From Candidatus Omnitrophota bacterium (GTDB taxonomy: Bacteria > Omnitrophota > Gorgyraeia > Gygaellales > Profunditerraquicolaceae): a stretch of DNA of 64,000 bases. Below the pieces are notes generated by a model, which saw nothing but the letters and a program-made list of their open reading frames with translations, was not told where the DNA came from and did no database searches. Below are positions 1 through 10,213 of this stretch, piece by piece. Position 1 is the first letter of the stretch; each line of letters opens with the position of its first letter. A program made the position numbers and the translations under genes. The stretch spans positions 16 to 64,015 of the forward strand of contig JAQUMI010000002.1 of assembly GCA_028718225.1 (NCBI GenBank), given 5' to 3'.

Positions 1-243
1 GGCGACTTAAGTTCTCGACGGGCAAAGATAATTTCACTTGCACAGCGCCTTAACCTGCGTACCATCAGGGCGAACATTCCGTTAGCTGAGGTTTTTAACT
101 ATGCCACTATATTAAGATCCTTGACACAAGGCCGTGCATCCTATACAATGGAGCCTTCGTTTTACAGCGAAGTGCCTGCACATATAGCAGAAAAAATTAT
201 AACAGGGTTTGCTGCCACAGGTTCGACCAGAAAAAGTTTTTAA
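1..243 (+). CDS. fusA: Elongation factor G, C-terminal fragment (5' end lies outside the window)
   Basis: Frame 1 is open from the window edge to TAA at 241-243. The translation [10 protein letters not shown]...[24 protein letters not shown] looks like the EF-G C-terminus. It sits directly upstream of tuf, as in the str operon. Confidence 0.85.
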   Translation, partial: GDLSSRRAKIISLAQRLNLRTIRANIPLAEVFNYATILRSLTQGRASYTMEPSFYSEVPAHIAEKIITGFAATGSTRKSF

Positions 244-260
244 TAAAAACAGGAGGAAAA

Positions 261-1466
261 ATGGCTAAAGAAAAGTTTGTCAGGAGTAAGCCACACGTAA
301 ATATCGGAACTATCGGGCACATTGATCACGGCAAAACTACCTTGACCGCTGCTATTGTTAATATCTTGGCTAAGATGGGCAGGGCAACGGCAAAGGCATA
401 TGCTGATATCGCCAAGGGTGGAACAGTAAGAGACGATACCAAGACCGTTACTATTTCTGTTGCTCACGTGGAATACGAATCGGATTCCCGCCATTACGCA
501 CATATTGACTGTCCGGGCCATGCCGATTATATCAAGAATATGATTACCGGCGCAGCGCAGATGGATGGCGCCATATTGGTAGTTTCCGCAGCTGACGGCC
601 CTATGCCCCAAACGAGGGAGCATATTCTTTTGGCCAGGCAGGTTAATGTCCCTTCTATGGTCGTGTTTTTAAACAAAGTTGATCTGGTTACGGATAATGA
701 ACTCTTGGATCTGGTGGAAATGGAAGTCCGAGAGCTTCTTACTAAATACGGATATCCGGGAGATAAGACTCCGATTATCCGCGGCAGCGCATCTAAAGCT
801 ATGGCTGCGGCAAATGACCCTAACAGCGCTGACTGTAAACCGATTTTAGATTTGATCAAGGCTTGCGATGAGTTTATCCCCCTTCCGACTAGAGATCTGG
901 ATAAACCGCTATTGATGGCAGTGGAAGACGTATTCAGCATCGAGGGTAGAGGCACGGTGGCCACCGGAAGAATAGAGCGAGGCAAGGTAAAGTTAAGCGA
1001 AGAAGTTGAGATTATCGGTTTAAGGCCCGAAGTAAAGAAATCGGTAGTTACCGGAATAGAAATGTTCCGCAAACTGCTTGATGAAGGTCAGGCTGGCGAT
1101 AATGTCGGCTTGTTATTAAGGGGCGTGGAAAAGAATGATATTGAACGCGGTATGGTTATTGCCGCTCCTAAGTCTATCACCCCTCATACGAAGTTCAAGG
1201 CTCAGGTCTATATTCTGACCAAAGAGGAAGGCGGAAGGCACACGCCGTTTTTTAAAGGCTACCGGCCGCAGTTCTATTTCCGCACCACCGATGTTACCGG
1301 GAATGTTACCCTCCCTACTGGCGTAGAAATGGTTATGCCGGGAGATAACGTCAATCTGGAAGTAGAATTAATTACGCCTATCGCTATGGAAAAAGAATCG
1401 CGCTTTGCTATCCGCGAAGGCGGCCATACCGTAGGTGCAGGAGTAGTTACGGAGATTATCGCTTAA
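261..1466 (+). CDS. tuf: Elongation factor Tu
   Basis: 401 aa with [20 protein letters not shown] and a C-terminal [23 protein letters not shown]. By eye it is collinear with E. coli EF-Tu except for the switch-I segment (see findings). An AGGAGG lies upstream. Confidence 0.97.
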   Translation: MAKEKFVRSKPHVNIGTIGHIDHGKTTLTAAIVNILAKMGRATAKAYADIAKGGTVRDDTKTVTISVAHVEYESDSRHYAHIDCPGHADYIKNMITGAAQMDGAILVVSAADGPMPQTREHILLARQVNVPSMVVFLNKVDLVTDNELLDLVEMEVRELLTKYGYPGDKTPIIRGSASKAMAAANDPNSADCKPILDLIKACDEFIPLPTRDLDKPLLMAVEDVFSIEGRGTVATGRIERGKVKLSEEVEIIGLRPEVKKSVVTGIEMFRKLLDEGQAGDNVGLLLRGVEKNDIERGMVIAAPKSITPHTKFKAQVYILTKEEGGRHTPFFKGYRPQFYFRTTDVTGNVTLPTGVEMVMPGDNVNLEVELITPIAMEKESRFAIREGGHTVGAGVVTEIIA

Positions 1467-1470
1467 AGAT

Positions 1471-1782
1471 ATGTCAGGCACACAGCAAAAGATACGCATA
1501 AAACTAAAAGCTTATGATCATCGCCTCTTGGACCAGGCGGTCCTGGAGATCGTTGAGACGGTAAAACGCACCGGCGCTAAAATCGCCGGGCCGGTTCCGC
1601 TGCCAACCAGGCGCGAAATCTATACGGTACTACGCTCTCCGGTTATTGATAAGAAGTCGCGCGAGCAGTTTGATTTGTCCACGCATAAACGGCTTATCGA
1701 TATATTTGAACCGACGGCCAAAACGATAGATTCATTAAGGAAGCTAAACTTGCCCGCAGGGGTAGATGTTGAGATAAAATGA
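1471..1782 (+). CDS. rpsJ: 30S ribosomal protein S10
   Basis: 103 aa with [14 protein letters not shown], typical of S10. It is the first gene of a canonical S10-operon order. Confidence 0.95.
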   Translation: MSGTQQKIRIKLKAYDHRLLDQAVLEIVETVKRTGAKIAGPVPLPTRREIYTVLRSPVIDKKSREQFDLSTHKRLIDIFEPTAKTIDSLRKLNLPAGVDVEIK

Positions 1783-2441
1783 CCGGTATATTAGGCAAAA
1801 AAATAGGTATGACCCAGATTTTTGCTGATGACGGCTCATTCGTGAGCGTCACCGCTATCGAGGCCGGGCCCTGCCCGGTATTAGCGGTAAAGGAAAAAAA
1901 TGTCCAGTTGGGGTTTGACTTAGCGGATGAGAAACGGCTGAAAAAACCGGTAGCGGGATATTTCAAAAAATTGAACATACCCGGACGCAAGCTGGTTAAA
2001 GAGTTAAATAAGGATGCGGCTAAAGAGTATAAAATAGGCGAAGAGCTTAAGGTGGATATTTTTACCCCGGGGGATTTTGTTGATGTCACGGGAGTTTCTA
2101 TCGGCAAGGGGTTCCAGGGCGGTATGAAGCGCTGGCATTGGCACGGCGGGCCAATGACGCATGGTTCGACATCGCGTCGCCGGGCCGGTTCTGTCGGTTC
2201 AAGTACTACGCCCGGAAGAGTGTGGAAAGGGCACCATATGCCCGGCCACATGGGGGCTAAGCAGGTGACCACTCAGAATTTAAAGGTAATGCGGATAGAC
2301 GTGGAAAATAATATTCTTTTGGTCAAGGGCGCTGTCCCCGGGCATAAAAATACTTACGTTGTTGTCAAGAAAGCTGTGAAAAAAACAGCTAAAGCGGCTT
2401 CTTCGGCAAAGAGCGCAGCCGCAAAAGAGAAGAAAAAATAA
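1779..2441 (+). CDS. rplC: 50S ribosomal protein L3
   Basis: 220 aa with GMTQIF near the N-terminus. The start overlaps the rpsJ stop (ATGA). Confidence 0.95.
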   Translation: MTGILGKKIGMTQIFADDGSFVSVTAIEAGPCPVLAVKEKNVQLGFDLADEKRLKKPVAGYFKKLNIPGRKLVKELNKDAAKEYKIGEELKVDIFTPGDFVDVTGVSIGKGFQGGMKRWHWHGGPMTHGSTSRRRAGSVGSSTTPGRVWKGHHMPGHMGAKQVTTQNLKVMRIDVENNILLVKGAVPGHKNTYVVVKKAVKKTAKAASSAKSAAAKEKKK

Positions 2442-2444
2442 TAA

Positions 2445-3098
2445 ATGGAAGCTATAACCTTACCTATATATAATGCGGCAGGCAAAGAAGTAGATAGCGT
2501 AAAGCTGAACCCGGCAGTCTTTGACGGCATAATTAACTCTGAGGCTTTATATCAGGCAGTTATTGCCTACCGGGCTAACCAGAGAAAAGGCCTGGCTGCC
2601 ACTAAAACAAGAGGCGAGGTATCCGGAGGCGGCAAAAAACCCTGGAAACAGAAAGGCACTGGCCGCGCGCGCGTAGGCTCAACCCGTTCGCCTTTATGGC
2701 GCCACGGCGGCGTAACCTTTGGTCCGCATCCGAGAGATTTTTCGTATACCCTTCCGGACAAGATAAAAAAAGTGGCTCTAAAATCCGGCCTGAATGCCAA
2801 GGTAAAAGAAAATAATTTAATTGTTTTGGATGAATTTAAGCTGGAGAACATTAAAACTAAAGACGCGCTCAGGATATTCACGCATCTTAAGGTGGCCGGC
2901 GCCAAAAACAGAAAAGCTTTATCCACGCTTTTATTGTTAGATAAGGCCGCAGAGAACGCAAAGTTAGCTTTAAGGAATATCGGTTTCTTAAGGTTTAATT
3001 TGGCTTCGGACACGCATGTTTACGAAGTTATGAGCCATAAAAAAGTAATTATTACCAAAGACGGTTTAAACCAGTTGACTAAAAGGTTAGGTAAATGA
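2445..3098 (+). CDS. rplD: 50S ribosomal protein L4
   Basis: 217 aa with KPWKQKGTGRAR. Operon position after rplC. Confidence 0.95.
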   Translation: MEAITLPIYNAAGKEVDSVKLNPAVFDGIINSEALYQAVIAYRANQRKGLAATKTRGEVSGGGKKPWKQKGTGRARVGSTRSPLWRHGGVTFGPHPRDFSYTLPDKIKKVALKSGLNAKVKENNLIVLDEFKLENIKTKDALRIFTHLKVAGAKNRKALSTLLLLDKAAENAKLALRNIGFLRFNLASDTHVYEVMSHKKVIITKDGLNQLTKRLGK

Positions 3099-3373
3099 AT
3101 TATTCGCAAGATATCATCAAATCTTTAATGCGCACGGAGAAGTCAACACAGTATGAACCGGACGCTAAGTATCTTTTTCTGGTCGGCATCAAGGCGAATA
3201 AAATCCAGATTAAACATGCGGTAGAGCAGCTTTATAAAGTTAAGGTTAAAGATGTAAATACCTTTGTTTCCGCGGGGAAGTTAAAGCGGGTGCGCCACCA
3301 GTTAGGCAGGACCCCCGAAACTAAAAAAGCGGTAGTGACTTTACAGGCAGGACAGAAAATAGAGGTAGCTTAA
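3095..3373 (+). CDS. rplW: 50S ribosomal protein L23
   Basis: 92 aa. Operon position between rplD and rplB. Overlaps the rplD stop. Confidence 0.9.
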   Translation: MNYSQDIIKSLMRTEKSTQYEPDAKYLFLVGIKANKIQIKHAVEQLYKVKVKDVNTFVSAGKLKRVRHQLGRTPETKKAVVTLQAGQKIEVA

Positions 3374-3378
3374 AAGAG

Positions 3379-4215
3379 ATGGGACTTAAATACTTTAAAC
3401 CAACAACACCTTCGCGCAGGCATATGACGGGTGCGGATTTTCTGGAAATAACTAAGAATACGCCGGAAAAGCGCCTGTTGCGTCCTTTAAAGAAAAGCGG
3501 CGGCAGGAATTCCTACGGGAGAATTACCTCCAGGCACCGCGGCGGCGGGCATAAGAGGATGTTAAGGGTTATCGATTTTAAACGGGATATTTTTGACCTG
3601 CCGGCTAAGATTATCGCTATTGAATATGACCCTAACCGTTCATCGCGTATCGCCTTGCTCGAATATCCGAATAAAGAAAGAAGGTATATATTGGCGCCGG
3701 TAGGCCTGAATGTAGGGCAAAGCGTTATTTCCAGCAATCAGAAAGACGTGGAGATACAGACCGGTAACTGCCTGCTCTTAAGGCATATACCTTCGGGGAC
3801 ACTTATTCATAATGTAGAATTAAGCAAGGGCCGGGGCGGACAGATTGTGCGTTCTGCCGGTTCCAGCGCGCAGATTATGGCTAAAGAAGGAAATTTTGCC
3901 CATATTAAACTTCCTTCCGGCGAGGTAAGACTAATCAGCCTGGATTGTCATGCTACTGTCGGCCAGGTTGGAAATGTAGAGCACGAAGCGCTTTATTTGG
4001 GTAAGGCCGGCAGAAACAGGTGGCTGGGTGTAAAACCGCAGTCAAGAGGTTTAGTTATGAACCCGGTAGACCATCCGCATGGCGGAGGTGAAGGAAAATC
4101 CGGACAGGGCAACCCGCATCCGGTGACTCCCTGGGGTAAGCCGACCAAGGGCTACCGGACCAGAAAACCGAATCGGTATTCTAATAAGTTTGTTGTTAAA
4201 AGAAGGAAACCATAA
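3379..4215 (+). CDS. rplB: 50S ribosomal protein L2
   Basis: 278 aa with the RGGGHKR and HPHGGGEG motifs. Confidence 0.97.
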   Translation: MGLKYFKPTTPSRRHMTGADFLEITKNTPEKRLLRPLKKSGGRNSYGRITSRHRGGGHKRMLRVIDFKRDIFDLPAKIIAIEYDPNRSSRIALLEYPNKERRYILAPVGLNVGQSVISSNQKDVEIQTGNCLLLRHIPSGTLIHNVELSKGRGGQIVRSAGSSAQIMAKEGNFAHIKLPSGEVRLISLDCHATVGQVGNVEHEALYLGKAGRNRWLGVKPQSRGLVMNPVDHPHGGGEGKSGQGNPHPVTPWGKPTKGYRTRKPNRYSNKFVVKRRKP

Positions 4216-4502
4216 TGCCGCGTTCACTCAAAAAAGGACCTTTTGTCGAGGAAAGATTGTTAAGGAAAGTCGATCAGCAGCGCAAGTCCGGCACGCGCCA
4301 GGCAATCAAGACCTGGTCCAGAAGTTCAACGGTAATACCGGATTTCGTTGGTTTGACTTTTGCCGTGCACGACGGTAAAAAACATGTTCCGGTTTTTGTA
4401 ACCGAGAATATGGTTGGCCATAAATTAGGAGAATTCGCTCCCAGCCGCATATTCAGGAAGCATGGCGGCGTAAAGGCCAAAAAGGCATTAGAGAAGACAT
4501 AA
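4215..4502 (+). CDS. rpsS: 30S ribosomal protein S19
   Basis: 95 aa with [26 protein letters not shown] overlap with rplB. Confidence 0.96.
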   Translation: MPRSLKKGPFVEERLLRKVDQQRKSGTRQAIKTWSRSSTVIPDFVGLTFAVHDGKKHVPVFVTENMVGHKLGEFAPSRIFRKHGGVKAKKALEKT

Positions 4503-4503
4503 G

Positions 4504-4842
4504 ATGATCGCTAAAGCTGAAGGAAAATTTTTAAGGGTTTCTCCGGGAAAGGTCCGGCTGGTTTTAGACCTTATCCGCGGGAAAGACGCATCCAGGGCCC
4601 AGGCGATACTTTTAAACATAAACAAACGGCCCAAGGAGCACCTGGTTAAGATTTTAAAATCCGCTGTTGCTAATGCCAAGGTTAAAGGGTTCAACCTTGA
4701 ACAGCTCTATGTATCAAAGGCCATTTGTAACCCGGGGCCGAGCTGGAAAAGGTTTAAAGCAGCGGCGTTCGGCAGGGCCCAGCCGATCTTAAAACGCACG
4801 GCGCATATAAAAATAGAATTAGATTTAAAATCGGGAGAATAA
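4504..4842 (+). CDS. rplV: 50S ribosomal protein L22
   Basis: 112 aa. Operon position between rpsS and rpsC. Confidence 0.92.
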   Translation: MIAKAEGKFLRVSPGKVRLVLDLIRGKDASRAQAILLNINKRPKEHLVKILKSAVANAKVKGFNLEQLYVSKAICNPGPSWKRFKAAAFGRAQPILKRTAHIKIELDLKSGE

Positions 4843-4845
4843 TAA

Positions 4846-5538
4846 ATGGGACAAAAGGTTAATCCGTTAATTTTGAGAATAGGTTTTATCCGGAACTGGC
4901 ATTCCCGCTGGTTTGCCGGACACAAGGATTACCCTAAGTTCATTTATCAGGATTATAATATCCGCAAGTTTATCAAAAAAAGATTTAAGCAGGCTGCGGT
5001 CTCTAAGATTGTTATTGAGAGATTGGCGGATAAATTAAGGATCCGTATATTCAGCGCGCGGCCCGGGATTATCATCGGCAGGCATGGCGCGGACATCGAG
5101 CGCTTAAGGGAAGATCTAAACAGTATGATCAATCAAGAGATGGCCATCGATATTGAAGAGGTTAAGAATCCGCAGCAAGATGCGCAATTGGTTGCGGAAA
5201 ATGTCGCTTTCCAGATGGAAAAGAGAGTAGCTTTTCGGCGCGCGGTAAAACGCGCTATGGAGCAATCTATAAATGCCGGAGTAAAAGGGATACGTGTCTG
5301 CTGCGCCGGCCGGCTTAACGGTGCGGAAATGTCCCGCACCGAAACTTATAAGCAGGGTAAGGTGCCTTTACAGACTTTACGCGCGGATATAGATTATGGT
5401 TTTGCCGAGAGCCTTACTACCTACGGGCTTATCGGTGTCAAGGTTTGGATTTATAAAGGCGACATACTGGAAAAGAAAGTTATATCGGAAATTGAGGCAA
5501 CTCAGGCGGAAGCCAAGGCTAAGGAGGAGATAAAATAA
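4846..5538 (+). CDS. rpsC: 30S ribosomal protein S3
   Basis: 230 aa with the MGQKVNP start and a KH-domain region. Confidence 0.96.
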   Translation: MGQKVNPLILRIGFIRNWHSRWFAGHKDYPKFIYQDYNIRKFIKKRFKQAAVSKIVIERLADKLRIRIFSARPGIIIGRHGADIERLREDLNSMINQEMAIDIEEVKNPQQDAQLVAENVAFQMEKRVAFRRAVKRAMEQSINAGVKGIRVCCAGRLNGAEMSRTETYKQGKVPLQTLRADIDYGFAESLTTYGLIGVKVWIYKGDILEKKVISEIEATQAEAKAKEEIK

Positions 5539-5539
5539 G

Positions 5540-5956
5540 ATGCCTCTTATGCCCAAGAGAGTAAAATACCGTAAATTACAGAAGGGACAGCGCAGGGGTA
5601 TTGCGACTAGCGGGGCGGATTTGGCTTTCGGCGAATTCGGGTTAAAGAGCCTGGATAACGGCTGGTTAAAGAATACCCAGATCGAAGCTTGCCGCGTCAT
5701 TATTGCCCGCCAGCTGCATAAGGGCGGTAAACTTTGGATCAGGGTCTTTCCGGATAAGTCTATCACTAAAAAACCGGCGGAAGTACGCATGGGTAAGGGT
5801 AAGGGAGACCTGGACCATTGGGTCGCCGTAGTTAAAAGAGGCAGGATACTATTGGAATTGGGCGGCGTGCCCGAAGAGTATGCCCGTCAGTGTTTTAGGC
5901 TGGTAGCTTATAAATTGCCGCTCCGGACTAAATTTATCAGCCGCTTGCAGAGGTAA
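5540..5956 (+). CDS. rplP: 50S ribosomal protein L16
   Basis: 138 aa with the RMGKGKG motif. Confidence 0.96.
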   Translation: MPLMPKRVKYRKLQKGQRRGIATSGADLAFGEFGLKSLDNGWLKNTQIEACRVIIARQLHKGGKLWIRVFPDKSITKKPAEVRMGKGKGDLDHWVAVVKRGRILLELGGVPEEYARQCFRLVAYKLPLRTKFISRLQR

Positions 5957-5958
5957 AA

Positions 5959-6162
5959 ATGGCTAAAAGACTAAAAGCTAAAGAATTGGTGGGATTATCG
6001 AGAAGTGAGTTGCTGGATAAGGAAAAGGCCCTAAAAGAGGAACTTTTCAATTTAAACGGTCAACGTTATTCCGGCAGAGTGGAAAAACCGCACAGGTTTT
6101 CCCTGGTTAAAAGGGAATTAAGCGTGGTCGCCACCGTATTAAATACAAAGAAAGAAAAATAA
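5959..6162 (+). CDS. rpmC: 50S ribosomal protein L29
   Basis: 67 aa. Operon position between rplP and rpsQ. Confidence 0.9.
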   Translation: MAKRLKAKELVGLSRSELLDKEKALKEELFNLNGQRYSGRVEKPHRFSLVKRELSVVATVLNTKKEK

Positions 6163-6164
6163 AA

Positions 6165-6446
6165 ATGGGCAAAAGAAAACAATTTATCGGCACTGTAGTA
6201 AGTGATAAGATGCAAAAAACAGTTACCGTGCGCGTGATGCAAATAAGTAAACACACGAAGTATTCCCGGGTAGACAGGAGTTACAATAAGTTTAAAGCGC
6301 ATGACGAAAAGGGGATGGCTAAATTGGGAGATACGGTGCGCATAGAAGAAACCCGGCCCATCTCCAAGGATAAGCGTTTTCGGGTCCTGGATGTCGTTAA
6401 AAAGCTTCCGGGGGCGGAAAAAATAGAAATTAAAGAGGAAATTTAA
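6165..6446 (+). CDS. rpsQ: 30S ribosomal protein S17
   Basis: 93 aa. GTVVSDKMQKTVTV is typical of S17. Confidence 0.93.
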   Translation: MGKRKQFIGTVVSDKMQKTVTVRVMQISKHTKYSRVDRSYNKFKAHDEKGMAKLGDTVRIEETRPISKDKRFRVLDVVKKLPGAEKIEIKEEI

Positions 6447-6447
6447 A

Positions 6448-6816
6448 ATGATCCAGTTACGTTCAATATTAAGCGTCGCGGATAATACCGGAGCAAAACG
6501 GGCATCCCTTATTGCAGTCCTGGGTAAGAAAAACTGTCCGAATGCCCAGATCGGCGATGTAGTTAATGTGAATATAAAAGAGTCTTCTCCCGATGCGACG
6601 ATAAAAAAAGGGGAAAAGGCCAAGGCGGTTATCGTCAGGACTAAACAGCCGATCAGGCGCCCCGATGGTTCGGTATTGAGGTTTGACCGGAATGCCGTGG
6701 TGTTTATTGATAATCAGTCTAATCCCCGCGGTACGCGCGTGTTTGGTCCGGTAGCGCGTGAATTAAGGGACAGAAATTTTTCCAAAATCATTTCTTTGGC
6801 TCCCGAGGTCATTTAA
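6448..6816 (+). CDS. rplN: 50S ribosomal protein L14
   Basis: 122 aa with the MIQ...VADNTGAK start. Confidence 0.96.
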   Translation: MIQLRSILSVADNTGAKRASLIAVLGKKNCPNAQIGDVVNVNIKESSPDATIKKGEKAKAVIVRTKQPIRRPDGSVLRFDRNAVVFIDNQSNPRGTRVFGPVARELRDRNFSKIISLAPEVI

Positions 6817-6817
6817 A

Positions 6818-7129
6818 ATGCAAAAAATAAGAAAAAACGATATAGTCCAGGCGGTAAAAGGGAAAGATAAAGGAAAAAAGGGCAAGGTAATCCAGGTAAT
6901 TTCTGCCTCTGGCCGCGCGCTGGTAGAAGGCCTGAATTTAGCCAAGAAACATAAGCGCCAGACGCGCCAGGAGCAAAAAGGCGGGATTGTTTCAATTGAA
7001 ATGCCTATTGCCCTTGCCAATATTATGCTGGTCTGCAAACATTGTAACCGGCCGAGCAGAGCGGGCTTTTCTATTTTAAAAGACGGCACAAAGATAAGGA
7101 TCTGTAAAATTTGTAAAGAGGCAATATAA
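6818..7129 (+). CDS. rplX: 50S ribosomal protein L24 (with a C-terminal CxxC...CxxC)
   Basis: 103 aa with a KOW-like N-terminus (DIVQAVKGKDKGKKGKV). Operon position after rplN. Confidence 0.92.
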   Translation: MQKIRKNDIVQAVKGKDKGKKGKVIQVISASGRALVEGLNLAKKHKRQTRQEQKGGIVSIEMPIALANIMLVCKHCNRPSRAGFSILKDGTKIRICKICKEAI

Positions 7130-7132
7130 AAG

Positions 7133-7696
7133 ATGGAAAAAATAGTCCCAAGGTTACTGGAAAAATATAGAAAAGAAATAGCCCCGCAGATGGTCCAGGA
7201 CTTGAAACTCAAAAATAAGATGGCTGTGCCGCGCCTGGAAAAAATAGTGGTAAATATGGGCGTGGGTGAAGCCTTGCAGGATGTAAAGGTCCTGGAAAAG
7301 GCAATGGAAGAGTTAGCGGCAATTACCGGGCAAAGGCCGATTATGCGCCGCGCTAAAAAAGCCATTTCTAATTTTAAAGTCCGGGAAGGCGCGCCTATAG
7401 GCTGCAAGGTTACTTTGCGCCGGGCAATGATGTATGAGTTTATGGACCGCCTGCTGAATATCGCTTTACCGCGTATCCGCGATTTCCGGGGCGTTTCGAT
7501 CAAGGCCTTTGATAAGGCGGGAAATTATACTCTGGGCCTTAGCGAGCAGGGGATATTTCCGGAAATTGAATATGATAAATTGACCCGGACGCAAGGTATG
7601 GATATAACGTTCGTAATCAGAAACGTAAAATCAAAGGAACAGGCCTTTCTTATGCTGAAATTATTTGGCATGCCCTTTAAAACCGATAAGGATTAG
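7133..7696 (+). CDS. rplE: 50S ribosomal protein L5
   Basis: 187 aa. Operon position; [13 protein letters not shown] is typical of L5. Confidence 0.95.
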   Translation: MEKIVPRLLEKYRKEIAPQMVQDLKLKNKMAVPRLEKIVVNMGVGEALQDVKVLEKAMEELAAITGQRPIMRRAKKAISNFKVREGAPIGCKVTLRRAMMYEFMDRLLNIALPRIRDFRGVSIKAFDKAGNYTLGLSEQGIFPEIEYDKLTRTQGMDITFVIRNVKSKEQAFLMLKLFGMPFKTDKD

Positions 7697-7707
7697 ACAA
7701 TAAAGTT

Positions 7708-7893
7708 ATGGCTAAAAATTCACAGATAGCAAGATGGAAAAGGTCGCCTAAGTTCTCAACGCGTAAATATAACCGTTGCGCCATTTGCGGCAGGAGCGGA
7801 GGGTATTTGCGCAGATTCCAGTTGTGCCGCATATGCTTTAGAGAACTGGCCTGGCAGGGCTTAATCCCGGGCGTCAAAAAAGCCAGCTGGTAG
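7708..7893 (+). CDS. rpsN: 30S ribosomal protein S14, short zinc-ribbon (type Z) form
   Basis: 61 aa with CAICGR...CRICFRELA (CxxC..CxxC). Confidence 0.93.
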   Translation: MAKNSQIARWKRSPKFSTRKYNRCAICGRSGGYLRRFQLCRICFRELAWQGLIPGVKKASW

Positions 7894-7936
7894 GAGAGCT
7901 TTTTAGATAAAATATAAGGAGAATTAGGGGGGGTAA

Positions 7937-8332
7937 ATGTCGAGGACCGATTTAATAGCCGATTGTTTTACGATCATACGTAATGCCATTATGACCAGAA
8001 AGGACAGCGTGGATGTCCCGGCTTCCAATACCATAAAATCTATTATGGAAATCCTGAAAAGAGAAAGTTATGTAGATAATTTTAAACTGATTGAGGACAA
8101 AAAACAGGGATTGGTGCGCATTTATTTAAAATATATTGCCGGAAAATCCGCGATCAGGAATATAAAACGTATTTCGCGGCCGGGTCTGCGTTTATATGTA
8201 AGGCATAAAAAAGTGCCGGTAGTCTTAAGAGGCAAGGGCCTGGCGATTATTTCTACTTCCGGCGGTATCATGACCGATAAGGATGCCCGCGAAAAAGGCT
8301 TAGGCGGGGAGGTTATCGGTTACATCTGGTAA
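7937..8332 (+). CDS. rpsH: 30S ribosomal protein S8
   Basis: 131 aa. Operon position; the C-terminal GGEVIGYIW is typical of S8. Confidence 0.94.
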   Translation: MSRTDLIADCFTIIRNAIMTRKDSVDVPASNTIKSIMEILKRESYVDNFKLIEDKKQGLVRIYLKYIAGKSAIRNIKRISRPGLRLYVRHKKVPVVLRGKGLAIISTSGGIMTDKDAREKGLGGEVIGYIW

Positions 8333-8340
8333 GGAAAATT

Positions 8341-8892
8341 ATGTCTAGGATAGGAAAAAAAATTATTGTTGTTCCCAAGGATGTCAAGGTTGAAGTAAAG
8401 GATCGCGTTGTTTCGGTAGAGGGAGCTAAGGGCAAATTAAATATGTGCCTTTCTCCCCGGATTGACCTGGAAATAAAAGATGGCCAGATCCTGGTCAAGC
8501 GGGTGGCGGATACCAAAATGGACAAGTCGCTTCACGGGCTATCCCGCGCCCTGATAGTTAATATGATTAAGGGCGTAACCGAAGGTTATGTCAGAGAGCT
8601 TGAAATAATCGGAGTAGGTTTTAAGGCCGCGGTGCAGGGAAGTAGCTTGAATATGAGTTTAGGGTTTTCTCATCCCGTAAACTTTCAGATACCGCCAGGG
8701 ATAACCATAGAAACACCTAAGCCTACGCAGATAGTCGTAAGGGGCATTGATAAACAGTTGATCGGCAAGGTATCTACCGAGATACGTTCGATTTTTCCTC
8801 CCGAACCATATAAGGGAAAAGGTATACGTTTTGCGGGCGAATACGTAAAGAAAAAAGTAGGTAAAGCCCAGGCAACCAGTGGTGGAAAATAA
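8341..8892 (+). CDS. rplF: 50S ribosomal protein L6
   Basis: 183 aa with the MSRIGKK start. Operon position. Confidence 0.94.
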   Translation: MSRIGKKIIVVPKDVKVEVKDRVVSVEGAKGKLNMCLSPRIDLEIKDGQILVKRVADTKMDKSLHGLSRALIVNMIKGVTEGYVRELEIIGVGFKAAVQGSSLNMSLGFSHPVNFQIPPGITIETPKPTQIVVRGIDKQLIGKVSTEIRSIFPPEPYKGKGIRFAGEYVKKKVGKAQATSGGK

Positions 8893-8894
8893 AA

Positions 8895-9254
8895 ATGAAT
8901 AAAAAAGAACTCTCCAGGTTAAAGAGGCACCGCCGGATCAAGATGAAAATGCAGGGCTCAAAAGACAGACCGCGCCTGGTAGTCAAGCGCAGTTTAAATA
9001 ACCTTTCCGCCCAGATTATTGACGATACCGAAAATAAGGTATTGTTTTCATACTCAACGGCAAGCAAGGAATTTAAACAAAAGGCAGCCGGTATCGGCAA
9101 CGTAAAATCCGCTCAAGTTTTCGGTGAGGCTTTTTCCAGGCTGGCCAAAGAGAAGGGGATCAGTAAGATCATATTTGATCGGGCAGGCTATTTATATCAC
9201 GGCAGGATAAAGGAATTTGCCGAATCTTTGAGAAAAGGCGGAATGGAGTTTTAA
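8895..9254 (+). CDS. rplR: 50S ribosomal protein L18
   Basis: 119 aa. Operon position; C-terminal [17 protein letters not shown]. Confidence 0.93.
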   Translation: MNKKELSRLKRHRRIKMKMQGSKDRPRLVVKRSLNNLSAQIIDDTENKVLFSYSTASKEFKQKAAGIGNVKSAQVFGEAFSRLAKEKGISKIIFDRAGYLYHGRIKEFAESLRKGGMEF

Positions 9255-9257
9255 CCT

Positions 9258-9713
9258 ATGCGCGAATTAAACATCGAACAACAACCGGAATTAATTGAAA
9301 AGGTAATTACGATAAACCGGGTAACTAAAGTTACCAAGGGCGGTAAAAAACTACATTTTAGCGCCCTGGTTGTCGTCGGCGACACTAAAGGCAGAGTAGG
9401 TTTTGCCCTGGATAAAGCGAATGAAGTTGCCGATGCTATACGCAAATCCTTAACTAAGGCCAAAAAAAGCCTTTTCAGGGTGAAGCTGGAAGGTTCAACC
9501 ATACCGCATGAAATTATCGGGGAATACGGGGCGGCTAAAGTTATGCTTAAGCCTGCTTCCGAAGGTACGGGCGTAATTGCCGCCGGCCCGGTGCGCGCGA
9601 TATGCGAGGCAGCAGGGATAAAAGATATCCTGACCAAGTGCCTTAAATCTAATAATCCTATTAATGTTATTAAGGCCACGGTTGCAGGTCTTAAAGGCCT
9701 TAAAGGTAATTAA
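9258..9713 (+). CDS. rpsE: 30S ribosomal protein S5
   Basis: 151 aa with [24 protein letters not shown]. Confidence 0.95.
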   Translation: MRELNIEQQPELIEKVITINRVTKVTKGGKKLHFSALVVVGDTKGRVGFALDKANEVADAIRKSLTKAKKSLFRVKLEGSTIPHEIIGEYGAAKVMLKPASEGTGVIAAGPVRAICEAAGIKDILTKCLKSNNPINVIKATVAGLKGLKGN

Positions 9714-9715
9714 AG

Positions 9716-10213
9716 ATGAAAAGTAAAAATTCCGTAAAAACCAGGCAGGCAGAGTCTATAAAACAACAGGTAGGCCTGTTTAATCTAAGGGCGCCCGCTG
9801 GAAGCCATAAGCGGAGAAAATATCTGGGCAGGGGTTCTAGTTCCGGTCATGGCAAGACTTCTACCCGGGGAAGCAAGGGCCAGACTTCCCGCGCCGGAAG
9901 GCATTTTTATTTAGGTTTTGAAGGAGGCCAGTCTCCGCTAATCCGCAAGATGCCTAAGCGCGGGTTTGCCAGTATCTTCAGAAAAGAATACCAGATTATA
10001 AATTTAGCAAACCTTGCGAAGTTAAAAGAAGCTACGATTAACCCGGAAGTTTTGGCGCTTAAGGGATTAATTAAAGATAAAACTAAGTTAATCAAAGTGC
10101 TTGGGCGGGGAGAAATTAAAAAAGCGGTTACGATCCAGGCCCACGCATTTTCTAAAAAAGCCGCTGAAGAAATTAAAAAGTCGGGTGGCACCGTAGAAGT
10201 GATCAATGTTTAG
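9716..10213 (+). CDS. rplO: 50S ribosomal protein L15 (about 20 aa N-terminal extension)
   Basis: 165 aa with GRGSSSGHGKTSTRGSKGQ. It follows rpsE directly, with no rpmD between them. Confidence 0.92.
   Translation: MKSKNSVKTRQAESIKQQVGLFNLRAPAGSHKRRKYLGRGSSSGHGKTSTRGSKGQTSRAGRHFYLGFEGGQSPLIRKMPKRGFASIFRKEYQIINLANLAKLKEATINPEVLALKGLIKDKTKLIKVLGRGEIKKAVTIQAHAFSKKAAEEIKKSGGTVEVINV

Noticed and set aside
4190-4378. Plus-strand alternative-frame ORFs at 4190-4378 (over rplB/rpsS) and 11195-11398 (inside secY).
   Set aside because: They are out of frame within highly conserved genes and have no independent initiation signals.
6763-7503. A 246-aa minus-strand ORF across rplN, rplX and rplE. Similar shadows occur at 527-1072, 1694-2272, 18102-18704, 46435-46938 and 47314-47952.
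   Set aside because: All are antisense to strongly supported + strand genes. They span gene boundaries, lack start-site signals, and have compositionally odd translations.
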